Source: a bacterium (GTDB lineage: Bacteria > Patescibacteriota > Minisyncoccia > Phycocordibacterales > Phycocordibacteraceae). From it: a stretch of DNA of 64,000 nt. Position 1 is the stretch's first letter. Each line of letters starts with the position of its first letter. The translations under genes and the position numbers were made by a program. The notes under the pieces are model-generated. The model ran no database searches and was not told where the DNA came from. It saw only the letters and a program-made list of their open reading frames with translations. Location: the NCBI GenBank assembly GCA_037200965.1, contig JBBCGK010000001.1, forward strand, positions 433,992 through 497,991, given 5' to 3'. This document shows positions 49,604 through 58,042 of the stretch, in pieces.

Positions 49604-49840
49604 GTGCTCGACATGGCCGGAACGCTCGATTGCTTTGTCCGCCTTGTTGAACTCGACACCTGCGTGCGTGAGTTGGCACAGCGCAAGCGCGCGAATAATA
49701 GGATCAGCATATCCGATCTTGATGACGTTCTCCTGGCGCTTGCTGAAGCTCGGGAAACGATCCAGGACGACGCGTATGACGAGATGGCGAGGCGGCGAGC
49801 GATAACAACGGCGGACATAATGCAGTTCGCAAAAGATTAG
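49604..49840 (+). CDS. Small hypothetical protein (78 aa)
   Basis: ORF 2 nt after the GNAT stop; no domain. Confidence 0.25.
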   Translation: MLDMAGTLDCFVRLVELDTCVRELAQRKRANNRISISDLDDVLLALAEARETIQDDAYDEMARRRAITTADIMQFAKD

Positions 49841-50107
49841 CGAAAGCGCGCGGCTCTATTCAAAACGCGGCCTACGACAAGTTCGCAACTATTCGTCCGA
49901 CAACACTCGCCCGATAACGGATCATTCGGCAACCAGAGGATAATGAGTATATCGCGGGAGCGAAGCATAGGAGACGATGCAGTGCATAGTCCGTCATAAA
50001 TTCAACGGCGGCATCCTGATGGTAGCTGTATAACAGCGTGGTGCCGGAACTTCCCCTTGTAGCCAATACCGGGCTTCGTTACAAAGCTTCAAGGGGAGGC
50101 TATATGC

Positions 50108-51743
50108 ATGCTTAATCACACCTTTGGAGTGATCTCGCTGGGTCGTTTCCTCACTGCTATACGTCCTGCGCGTTATGCGGTCCGCTCTGCCAATCGAACA
50201 CGCTTCGGCCAAGGGCTGGTCTCGGTCCGCACCCTAGTCGTCGCTGCGTGCGTTGCAATGAGTTGGCTAGCCGCATTGCCGCAAGCCGCCATCGCGAGCA
50301 GCGTCTTGATGAGCGTGCCAGGCGAAAGCGACGTAAACTCGGCGGGTGCCTTCACATATTCACTTCCTATTGCAGTTCCGCCCGGGACTGCCCGCATCGT
50401 ACCGCGACTGTCGCTTGATTATTCCAGTCAAAGCGGCAATGGCCTCCAAGGCCTCGGCTGGTCGCTTTCCGGATTGCCGGCAATAGGAAGATGCGCGCGC
50501 ACGGTGGCGCAAGACGGCGTGCATGGCAGTGTCAATTACGACGGCAGCGACAAATTCTGCTTGGAAGGCCAGCGCCTAGTCGCCCTAAGCGGCGTCTATG
50601 GCGCGAACAATACGGAATATCGTACCGAAATAGAGAGTTTCACCAAAATTATTTCATACGGAACGGCGGGTAACGGGCCAGCCTCGTTCAAAGCGTGGAC
50701 CAAGTCCGGTCAAATCCTGGAATTCGGAAACACGGCGGATTCCCGTATCGAAGCGGTCGGCAAGACAACGGTGCGCGCGTGGGCCGTCAATAAGGTTTCC
50801 GATGCCAAAGGAAACTACGTCACGGTCGAATACACCGACGACCAAACTAACGGAGAGGCGTATCCGGTTCGGATTGATTATACCGGCAATCCCAACGCAA
50901 CGCCGGTGGTTATGCCGTACAATTCCGTGCAGTTCACATACACAACGCGCGCAGATATCACGATTGCCTATCAGGCCGGTTCGCAGCAGAAGATCACAAA
51001 ACTTCTCACCAATATTAAGACTTATCAAGCCGCGAATTTGGTTTCCGACTATCGCCTTGCCTATCAAGCCGGCTCATCGCTCGCACATTCGCGTCTAACG
51101 TCCATCACGTTATGTGATGGGTCGGGTACGCCGGTATGCCTTGCCCCCACGACCTTTGGCTGGCAGGGTGGCAGCGGTAGCCTGCCGACAATGACCGGGA
51201 CCGCATCCACTATCATTCCGACGCAAAGCGGTGATTTCAACGTTGACGGATTAACAGACCCCTTTGTCAAAGCCCCGTATTTTGGAACTCAGAGCGGAAC
51301 GTTCGTCGCGAGCGGCATGACTATAAGCTATACCGACCCCATATCGGGATTGCCGTGGTCGGGTCTAACGGCTTTCCCCAACACAATGGTCGGGTTTGTA
51401 TTGGGTGATACCGACGGAGACGGGTATAGCGACGTCACCGCGATGCGGGGTATCGCACATGGCGCTTATGCCAGGTTGGTGGTTACGCGCAACGACCAGC
51501 TCGGAAATCTTGGTCAGATCGGCCTGATCGATCCGCTGCATGCTGGCGCCATATTCAGCGGCGACTTCAATGGAGACGCGCGCACGGACGTTTTCGTGAC
51601 GGGTGTAGCTTCTTATAACAGTACGACGTATCTGAGCCTGGGGACCGGATCGTTCACCGCCATCAACATGAGTTCGGTATATGAACCCATCACGACCGCC
51701 GATTTTGATGGTGACGGATGCACCGATTTCTTGGGATCGACTA
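50108..51743 (+). pseudogene. N-terminal fragment of a Tc-toxin TcB/SpvB-like protein with FG-GAP/VCBS-type repeats, truncated by repeat R3
   Basis: SLPIAVPPGTARIVPRLSLDYSSQSGNGLQGLGWSL (SpvB N-terminal signature); GDFNGDARTD, DFDGDGCTD repeats. The ORF runs without a stop into R3 and then into nonsense. Confidence 0.6.
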
Positions 51744-51779
51744 GTTGCACAACCTCCTTTTTACGAACGATCCTGCAGG
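51744..51779. repeat. Array repeat R3 (36 nt, perfect); truncates the SpvB-like gene
   Basis: Exact sequence match; translated in frame as CTTSFLRTILQ at the end of ORF 50108. Confidence 0.95.
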
Positions 51780-51793
51780 TTTCCGTTAATCTT

Positions 51794-53134
51794 CTAAGTC
51801 TCTTGTTGAGACGCAACACAGCCCCACGCCGCTTTTACCGAGTCATAGATAAAGCCTACCGTCAGAACCTTGGATATAACCGTCGTGGTTGGCAACGCCG
51901 TGCCTTCTGCCACGAACGACGCCCCCCAGGTAATCGCCCGGGCCGTACCGTCGTCTTTGATCCTGAAGATGAGCGTCTGGAAGTTCGTGGGTGTACCGGA
52001 GAGATTTGTCGTCATCGACGTGATCGCGGTCGCAAGAGCAGTAATCGTCACGGCGTCGCACCCATCGCTATTCACTGTAGGGGTTGCCGAAGAAACAATC
52101 GTCGTTATGCGTGGAGTATTTCTCTTATTTGCAAGAGTCTGTGTACCATTGTTAGTCACGACACTGTCAGCGTTTGTGCCTGCAACCGAGATTCTCAAAT
52201 CTCCTGTTCCAACGGTAAGCACTCCTGAGGTGTGCGTTGCAACCCAGTTACCGTTACTAATGTTCCAGGTAAAACCAGTAGCACTAAAGAGATCGGCCCA
52301 TCCAAGCGCGGTCGTCCCAAGAGCGGCAATATCATTCGTGACCGGGGAAAGAGCGGAGGAGGTAAGTTGTATCGTTCCTGTTCCGTTGATAGCCAGACCA
52401 AGCGTATTGGTTGTAGGAAGGTAGAGGCGATTACCGGTAGCAGTTGAAGAGGTAGGAGCAAAGCCAGCCGCAGTTGCCAGCGATGCCAACGTCAAAGCTC
52501 CGGCGTCGGTCAAGGTTGCATTGGTGGATGTTGCTTGTGCGCCGCGCGAAGTACCATCGGACCGAAGTATAGATTCATCTGTGGCAAAAGTGGCGGCAGC
52601 GGTGACTACATTACTCGGTATATCGCTTGTAAGAGCGACGGTACCCGTGGACGCCGGAAGGGTAATGGTGTTAGTTCCAGCGATTGCCGTAGGGACGAGG
52701 GCGATGGTACCGGAAGTTGAACCCGAGAAGGTTACACCCTGGGTACCGGAAATGATGCCAGTGGTGTCAGCAATAAGCACTGCCGAGTTCTGGATCAGCT
52801 TACCAGTGGTAGTGTCGAAGCGGGCCACGGCGTTATCAGTTGCTGAAGCCGGGCCTACAACATAGGTAGCAAGGGAAGCAGTCGTAGGAATAACATAGCC
52901 GCTTTGGAGCGCTATAGCGATCGTTCCGGAAGTAGTGATCGGTACGCCGGATACCGTAAGTCCTGTCGGTACCGTAGCGTCAACGGATGTAACCGTACCT
53001 CCTCCTCCGGGGAGGTCTATAAGAAGCCTGTGCGTCGTCGGGTCTGCATATAGACGCACAGGCGTCTTGCCGTCAGCGCTTGAAGCTGCTATCAGCGTTG
53101 GAACATCGTTCTGGTCTCGGTAAGCATCAGCCAT
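51794..53134 (-). CDS. Thr/Ser/Gly-rich beta-repeat protein resembling a phage tail fibre/adhesin
   Basis: 446 aa; N-terminus ...IAASSADGKTPVRLYADP...; low-complexity T-rich repeats (…TSGTIALVPTAIAGTNTITLPASTGTVALTS…). Confidence 0.45.
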   Translation of the reverse strand: MADAYRDQNDVPTLIAASSADGKTPVRLYADPTTHRLLIDLPGGGGTVTSVDATVPTGLTVSGVPITTSGTIAIALQSGYVIPTTASLATYVVGPASATDNAVARFDTTTGKLIQNSAVLIADTTGIISGTQGVTFSGSTSGTIALVPTAIAGTNTITLPASTGTVALTSDIPSNVVTAAATFATDESILRSDGTSRGAQATSTNATLTDAGALTLASLATAAGFAPTSSTATGNRLYLPTTNTLGLAINGTGTIQLTSSALSPVTNDIAALGTTALGWADLFSATGFTWNISNGNWVATHTSGVLTVGTGDLRISVAGTNADSVVTNNGTQTLANKRNTPRITTIVSSATPTVNSDGCDAVTITALATAITSMTTNLSGTPTNFQTLIFRIKDDGTARAITWGASFVAEGTALPTTTVISKVLTVGFIYDSVKAAWGCVASQQET

Positions 53135-53136
53135 AA

Positions 53137-53298
53137 TCAGGTACTTTGTACGAGTAATTCCCCGGCACTATTGGCGTAGAGCACCACAGGCGTCTTGCCG
53201 TCAGCGCTTGAGACAGCCATGAGTGCAGGAACAAAGTTTGCGTCCCGCAGATCGTCTACCGGCCCAAAGTCCGACCCGGTAGTGTCGTCGTCCGCCAT
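53137..53298 (-). CDS. Short N-terminal paralog fragment of the tail-fibre-like protein, starting next to repeat R4
   Basis: ...VPALMAVSSADGKTPVVLYANSAG... mirrors the N-terminus of the 51794-53134 protein (...IAASSADGKTPVRLYADP...). Confidence 0.3.
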   Translation of the reverse strand: MADDDTTGSDFGPVDDLRDANFVPALMAVSSADGKTPVVLYANSAGELLVQST

Positions 53299-53327
53299 AA
53301 GCGCATGTGTTGAAGGGTCAGCAACGA

Positions 53328-53363
53328 GTTGCACAACCTCCTTTTTACGAACGATCCTGCAGG
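53328..53363. repeat. Array repeat R4 (36 nt, perfect)
   Basis: Exact sequence match. Confidence 0.95.
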
Positions 53364-53460
53364 AGTATGAGTACTGATACCGTCCAATCTGCCATTGAAT
53401 ATGCGCGACACTCGCCGTCGTGACGACGTTGAGTTAAGTCAATGGCGATTTATGTTACTG

Positions 53461-53982
53461 TCACCGGACCGGCACGAACCCTTCGGGAAGAAACTGCGTC
53501 GGGTCCTTCCACGGTTCAATAGCAACTGCTTTGGGGTATTTGCTTATCATGTAAGCATCGGTGCAATACACCAAACTTTCGGGATCATCGTCCGAAGGCT
53601 CAAGGCCTGAAAATTCAACCATCACAGATTTCTGGTTGGTAATTTTTCCAAAGGTGTCAATGAACCGCTTGATTTTGTCAAACTCACGCACAAAATCGTC
53701 GGGCTCAAATAGATAGGAATACACTACTACTGTATTCTCGCCGACGATCCGTTCGGAACCGTCCTCATTTTTCACGCGGAAACGCCCAGCGGCGAGCGGC
53801 AATTGGGTTACACCGCCATTGATCCGCACCATAATTTCCATGGCGCTATCGACCCATTTGTCAAAATTTTCAACAGGCTTCTGATCGCGATCTTGGTTAG
53901 GCAAATAAACTGCAAACCGTTGTACCGATTCAGATGTATCGGCACCTAGCGCGGTCTTGAGGTCAAAATCTACGAGCGCCAT
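53461..53982 (-). CDS. Hypothetical protein (173 aa), low-GC
   Basis: Clean ORF; no domain recognised. Confidence 0.45.
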   Translation of the reverse strand: MALVDFDLKTALGADTSESVQRFAVYLPNQDRDQKPVENFDKWVDSAMEIMVRINGGVTQLPLAAGRFRVKNEDGSERIVGENTVVVYSYLFEPDDFVREFDKIKRFIDTFGKITNQKSVMVEFSGLEPSDDDPESLVYCTDAYMISKYPKAVAIEPWKDPTQFLPEGFVPVR

Positions 53983-54068
53983 GATCGCTTCCTATTAGCC
54001 ATCAATGAAAAGGCCCCATAGCCGGGGCCTTAAAGTAGGCAAAATGCCAAATTGCAACGCTGATGCCG

Positions 54069-54725
54069 CTACCGCGGTCTTGAAGGTCTCCGAATTCCGA
54101 GCACCGTTTTAGGGTCCCGCTTGATCTTTAGAAACCGTCCAAATCCCGAACGAGCGTCTTCAGGTTTCTCCGCTTGTTGGGAAGCTGAACGAATCGCTGT
54201 CACTATCTCGTTAGCAGCTTCTGATATGGGCGGCAAATTTTGCCGGTTATAGTCGCCTGGCGGGATTCCCGCGTGCTTCTTTTTCATATGATTTTCTCCT
54301 GTTTCTTCACAGGGTTGCGACCCATCGGTCTCAGCCCCGTGTTGATCGGGAGAAAGCCCTTCAAGAATCGGGCCGCGTACGTCGGTTTCCCAGGTTAAGG
54401 CTTCGACGCGAATATCCTGGCCACGGTCCGTCCTTATGCTTTCGCGATGGGGACCATACCCACATAGTACCACAGCGGCATGCGTAGTCGCGCCCGAAAT
54501 CTCGTGGACTATATCCGCAGCAGCGCCAATACCAGCGCCCGTTACTATCAAGTCATAGACCATCAAGATGCGATCACCGGAAAGCGGTTTGTCTGCCGTT
54601 ATTGCTACGCCCTTCGCCCAACGCGTCTCGCGATAGATGCAGGCGGGCAATCCGGTTTCGGCGACGAGGGACGAGAGCATCGAAATCGCGCCGACCGGCC
54701 CCATCTCTTTTTCGATAAAGCACAA
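54069..54725 (-). CDS. Phosphoribosyltransferase (type I PRTase) domain protein
   Basis: ILMVYDLIVTGAGIGAAADIV is the PRPP-binding motif (VLLVDDVLTTGGT-like). Starts 13 nt from repeat R5. Confidence 0.55.
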   Translation of the reverse strand: MCFIEKEMGPVGAISMLSSLVAETGLPACIYRETRWAKGVAITADKPLSGDRILMVYDLIVTGAGIGAAADIVHEISGATTHAAVVLCGYGPHRESIRTDRGQDIRVEALTWETDVRGPILEGLSPDQHGAETDGSQPCEETGENHMKKKHAGIPPGDYNRQNLPPISEAANEIVTAIRSASQQAEKPEDARSGFGRFLKIKRDPKTVLGIRRPSRPR

Positions 54726-54738
54726 TCGCGTAATGCCG

Positions 54739-54774
54739 GTTGCACAACCTCCTTTTTACGAACGATCCTGCAGG
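54739..54774. repeat. Array repeat R5 (36 nt, perfect); truncates the patatin-like gene
   Basis: Exact sequence match; read through as SCRIVRKKEVVQ by the minus-strand ORF. Confidence 0.95.
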
Positions 54775-55372
54775 AAACCATGAGAGAACCCGAGTTGATC
54801 TCGGTGGCCACGATCTTCAAAGGCGACAACTCGTTAAATTCCTCATAGTTCAGGTCAGCGAACCGAATTCGATCAGGCACTCCATCGTGATCACGACCAT
54901 TTGCGGCATATAATTCCCGCATACGTTCTCGAAGAACTGTGTTGATGAATTCACGAATGGGCGTTGTGGTGAAAAAGCCTAAGTGCCGCCATATGCGCAG
55001 CATTCCAAACGTAACTAGGGGAGCTGTTAAAAAAGACAATAATACACCCCCCAACGCCGTAGCGGACAATGCCCATCGAAGTCCCTGGCGGAGGCGAACA
55101 AATCTACGCCAATCATCAGCCCCCAATAACGTTACGGGGGTCAAGTTATGTAGGCTGAGAATATTTTGATCCCTAATGTCGGGATTCATCAAAGTCGAAG
55201 CACTGTATCCCGCCGCGACTAGCGTTGCCACGATCGCGCCAGCTGACGCCCCGGCTACACCTACGAAGGCGAGCCCATTCTTCGCGGCACCCTCCAAAGC
55301 ACCAATATGCGCTATGCCCTTAGCACCGCCACCTTCGAATATGCCAAAGGCTGGCCTCTTAGCGTCCATCAC
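54775..55372 (-). pseudogene. Patatin-like phospholipase, 3'-truncated by repeat R5
   Basis: GIFEGGGAKGIAHIGAL (oxyanion-hole GGGxxG) and GASAGAIVA (GxSxG nucleophile). The ORF is read through R5 before the catalytic Asp (DGG) region is reached. Confidence 0.6.
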
Positions 55373-55505
55373 TGTATGTATCCTTTCGCAAATCAGGTCG
55401 GGGCCTGCACAAACGACAGAACATCGGACAGGCTGGTGAAATAATGAGATACCAGCCTTCGCACATTGCTGTTCCGCATACAGATACAGCAGTTGCTAGT
55501 TCAAA

Positions 55506-57077
55506 TCAGTTCAGTTGCTCCCGCACCAACGAAAGATCGTTGAACAACGTTCTCGTAAGATTCGGGATTTTTTCCAGTTTGTCTGCTTGTATTAACTTCG
55601 CCATAAAACGAATGCTTCCCTCCACTCGCTCGTCATAGAATATTTCGTGCAGAAACTTCCGCCCCTGCCGCAAATCCGTAGCATCAAACAGAAATTCCAG
55701 CTTGGCTTCGTTATCGACCATAGCAACTGCACGCCAAAAGAATCGAGGAAAATTCGCTGTCAGGAGGCTCTTGCGGACTATCTTGCTTAGGGAGGAGCGC
55801 GAAACAATCTCGCGTTTCAGATCGCTTGGGCCATTCAAAAATATGTCCCACTCGAAACGAGCCATATCACTATTGCTCGATAATTTTTTAAGCATCTCTA
55901 AAATATGATCAAATGCCAGGATAGCATCGTACACGTCGTCAAATCGGACGCGAATTTTGCTATAGAGCGGCACGAGACACAAATCCGCGCGAGCACGGGT
56001 TATCTTCGTCCCACGCTTTCGAGACCAAGTTGTCGTTATGATGTTAGATGGGCCGCTCAGCTTGATCTCAGAGTATGGGCCGATGCCGTCGTCATGCGCA
56101 TACAGTTTGGTTATGCGCGTCGCCCGTAGAAGAAAACCCGTGCGAGGTTCGGGTACTATGGGACCAGTTGTGGGCCCAAGGCCGCTGAGTGCGACCGCGT
56201 GAAATGCTCGTTTGCTTTTCTTGGAGCGTTCTAAGTTGAAGTCAAAACTCAGAATGATCGGAATATTGCCCCTCAAGAATGCATTTGCTGCGGCTTGGAT
56301 ATTGGCTCGCTCGGGCGTCATAAACAAATCCGCTTCGAGACCGACATTGCGCAAAACGCCAGCCATTTGATCGATATCCAAGCCGTCGTTCGGGAGAGCT
56401 AGGCCAGCTGTTGGCAGCGAAGCAAACGCTCGTTTGGTTATTTCAATAGGTGATAAGATTGGATTGTCATACAAATTCGCCGTGCCATGCAGTGTAGTCC
56501 ACAGAGCGCTGGTAGCGCATGCGCCAACCTCTCGGTCTTGTTCTTGAAAAGGCAGCGCACGTACAGGCAGATCTATGCCGAAAAGATTTGGTACATATCC
56601 GCGCTCAGTGAGGAAGCGACTCGATGGATTACTCCCAACCGGCGCCAAACACGTTCGCCCAATGATGGTTTCGGGAAGAGGTTTGACAACTACAAAGCCG
56701 TGATATCCCAAGACGTCGAACCTACACTCACCGCGGCCCGAAACGAAAAGCGCTTCGACCATATCTTTATCGAACGGTTGCCGAAAAAAGTGAATTCGTG
56801 AACATTCTTTCGGATAGTTCGCGTGGCATCTCGCGTAGTATCCTGTATGATCTTCGGCGAAATGCTTGTCGATGTAGTCGCGCTCAAATACAAGAGTTTC
56901 GATTTTCGCGGCTTCACAGTAACGAGCTAGAAAAATGACCTGGGGCTTTTGTGCAATTTGCTCCAGTCTAGGTTTAAATGCTCCGGCAACAAAAAGCGCT
57001 ACCAAGTTCTCTCGATTGTACTTGAGTACTTGGTAGCGCTCGCCCATGTGATCTAACTGAATATCCGCGTACGTCAC
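55506..57077 (-). CDS. Hypothetical protein (523 aa) with a possible Cys-His peptidase-like motif
   Basis: Large clean ORF in array segment E; GACATSALWTTLHG is the only suggestive motif. Confidence 0.45.
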   Translation of the reverse strand: MTYADIQLDHMGERYQVLKYNRENLVALFVAGAFKPRLEQIAQKPQVIFLARYCEAAKIETLVFERDYIDKHFAEDHTGYYARCHANYPKECSRIHFFRQPFDKDMVEALFVSGRGECRFDVLGYHGFVVVKPLPETIIGRTCLAPVGSNPSSRFLTERGYVPNLFGIDLPVRALPFQEQDREVGACATSALWTTLHGTANLYDNPILSPIEITKRAFASLPTAGLALPNDGLDIDQMAGVLRNVGLEADLFMTPERANIQAAANAFLRGNIPIILSFDFNLERSKKSKRAFHAVALSGLGPTTGPIVPEPRTGFLLRATRITKLYAHDDGIGPYSEIKLSGPSNIITTTWSRKRGTKITRARADLCLVPLYSKIRVRFDDVYDAILAFDHILEMLKKLSSNSDMARFEWDIFLNGPSDLKREIVSRSSLSKIVRKSLLTANFPRFFWRAVAMVDNEAKLEFLFDATDLRQGRKFLHEIFYDERVEGSIRFMAKLIQADKLEKIPNLTRTLFNDLSLVREQLN

Positions 57078-57538
57078 ACTGTGAACGGGATACGCCGACG
57101 GTCAGGAGAAATCTGGTTGGCTTGTTCTCGACTTTCAATTGCCTTGAGCATTGGCGAAAGACGCTTAGCGACTTGCGCAGTAAGATCAGTTCTGGAGGCC
57201 GTCGCCTTGGACTTGGGCCGTGCAGAACTCTTCGTCTTTTTGTGACGCATAGCGCAACCTCCAATTTCGGTGAGCAGGATGTTGCCCTCAGTTCCAGCCC
57301 GGCGGGTATAAACTCCAACACGGGGATCAAAATCAAGCTCATGGACTTGACTTCCTGGAACGGGGCCGCCTAGGGCTCCCCTGTAACGAATCAGCCCTGT
57401 TCTTAACGTACCACGAGCGCCTTCGTATCCCCAATATTTTGTATGTGGATAATCCACCAACACAAGTTCTTTGAATGGTGAGGCTGGCCGTTGCCTTTCC
57501 TCAGTGGCGTCGCCGTCCGTTGACCCAATCGCCTGCAT
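57074..57538 (-). CDS. Hypothetical protein (154 aa)
   Basis: 4-nt overlap with the downstream 523-aa gene; no domain. Confidence 0.3.
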   Translation of the reverse strand: MQAIGSTDGDATEERQRPASPFKELVLVDYPHTKYWGYEGARGTLRTGLIRYRGALGGPVPGSQVHELDFDPRVGVYTRRAGTEGNILLTEIGGCAMRHKKTKSSARPKSKATASRTDLTAQVAKRLSPMLKAIESREQANQISPDRRRIPFTV

Positions 57539-57677
57539 AACAATTTAATGCCTTCCTTCTGGCAGCAGACCACTAGGAGCGGCAGACGGCCGTTCATTAT
57601 CAGCGTGGATCATTGGCTGGACCGAGCCCCAATCGGTGACTGATTCGTACGGCTAAAGACCGCTCGGGTCAACTAAG

Positions 57678-57713
57678 GTTGCACAACCTCCTTTTTACGA
57701 ACGATCCTGCAGG
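57678..57713. repeat. Array repeat R6 (36 nt, perfect), cas-proximal
   Basis: Exact sequence match; 32 nt from the cas2 stop codon. Confidence 0.95.
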
Positions 57714-57745
57714 AGTCCGTGTATATTGAGCGGTAACGCGAATTA

Positions 57746-58042
57746 CTAGACAATCTCAAAGGACTTGATCTTATAATACTCCCCGATAACGGCATCGGCA
57801 GTTGAATTAAGTGCGCATGATTTGCAGGAAGAAAATAGATGCAGCCGATCCCGTTTTCCCGTGAATAGCGATCGCATCTTCATTTCAAATTCCCGGCGCT
57901 CCTTAAAGGAAAGGCGTCCGACGTAGAGAGTCTGTTGAAGTGCGGATAAACCATAGTCCTTTGATAACTTTTCCGCGCGGATCTGGCGCTGCCGATTGGC
58001 GGTTCTCCAGGCGACTATTGCAAGGAAGCATGGATCATTCAT
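57746..58042 (-). CDS. cas2: CRISPR-associated endoribonuclease Cas2 (beta1 Asp apparently replaced: LAIVAW)
   Basis: 98 aa; ...RQRQIRAEKLSKDYGLSALQQTLYVGRL... fits the Cas2 alpha1/beta3 pattern (…YGxRxQxSVFxC…); 4-nt overlap with cas1; 32 nt from R6. Confidence 0.55.
   Translation of the reverse strand: MNDPCFLAIVAWRTANRQRQIRAEKLSKDYGLSALQQTLYVGRLSFKERREFEMKMRSLFTGKRDRLHLFSSCKSCALNSTADAVIGEYYKIKSFEIV

Larger units (their letters stand above)
38559..57713. CRISPR. CRISPR-like array: six identical 36-nt direct repeats adjacent to cas1-cas2, but with 1.4-10.9 kb gene-bearing intervening segments instead of short spacers
   Basis: Exact copies of GTTGCACAACCTCCTTTTTACGAACGATCCTGCAGG at 38559, 40775, 51744, 53328, 54739 and 57678. 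The last copy is 32 nt from the cas2 stop. Confidence 0.7.

Noticed and set aside
40811-51743. Possibility that segment B is ordinary chromosome lying between two separate arrays (R1-R2 and R3-R6)
   Set aside because: Not fully excluded, since B looks host-like in GC. Still, B is bounded by ORFs truncated at R2 and R3 and carries T4CP-like and toxin genes, which favours captured mobile DNA. Either way the remaining spacers are kb-long.
38559-57713. Interpretation as an ordinary CRISPR array that merely suffered insertions
   Set aside because: All five inter-repeat intervals are kb-scale and none is spacer-sized. Three intervals end in the middle of genes. Random IS or prophage insertion into a normal array would leave short spacers on both sides and would not truncate genes exactly at repeats.
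38559-57713. Interpretation as an integron or as tandem site-specific integrative elements sharing a 36-bp att core
   Set aside because: There is no IntI or tyrosine/serine integrase in or beside the locus, the repeats are not attC-like imperfect palindromes, and the segments begin and end inside genes. The only integrase-family genes present are cas1-cas2, directly adjacent to the first repeat. This remains an alternative if an integrase exists off-window.
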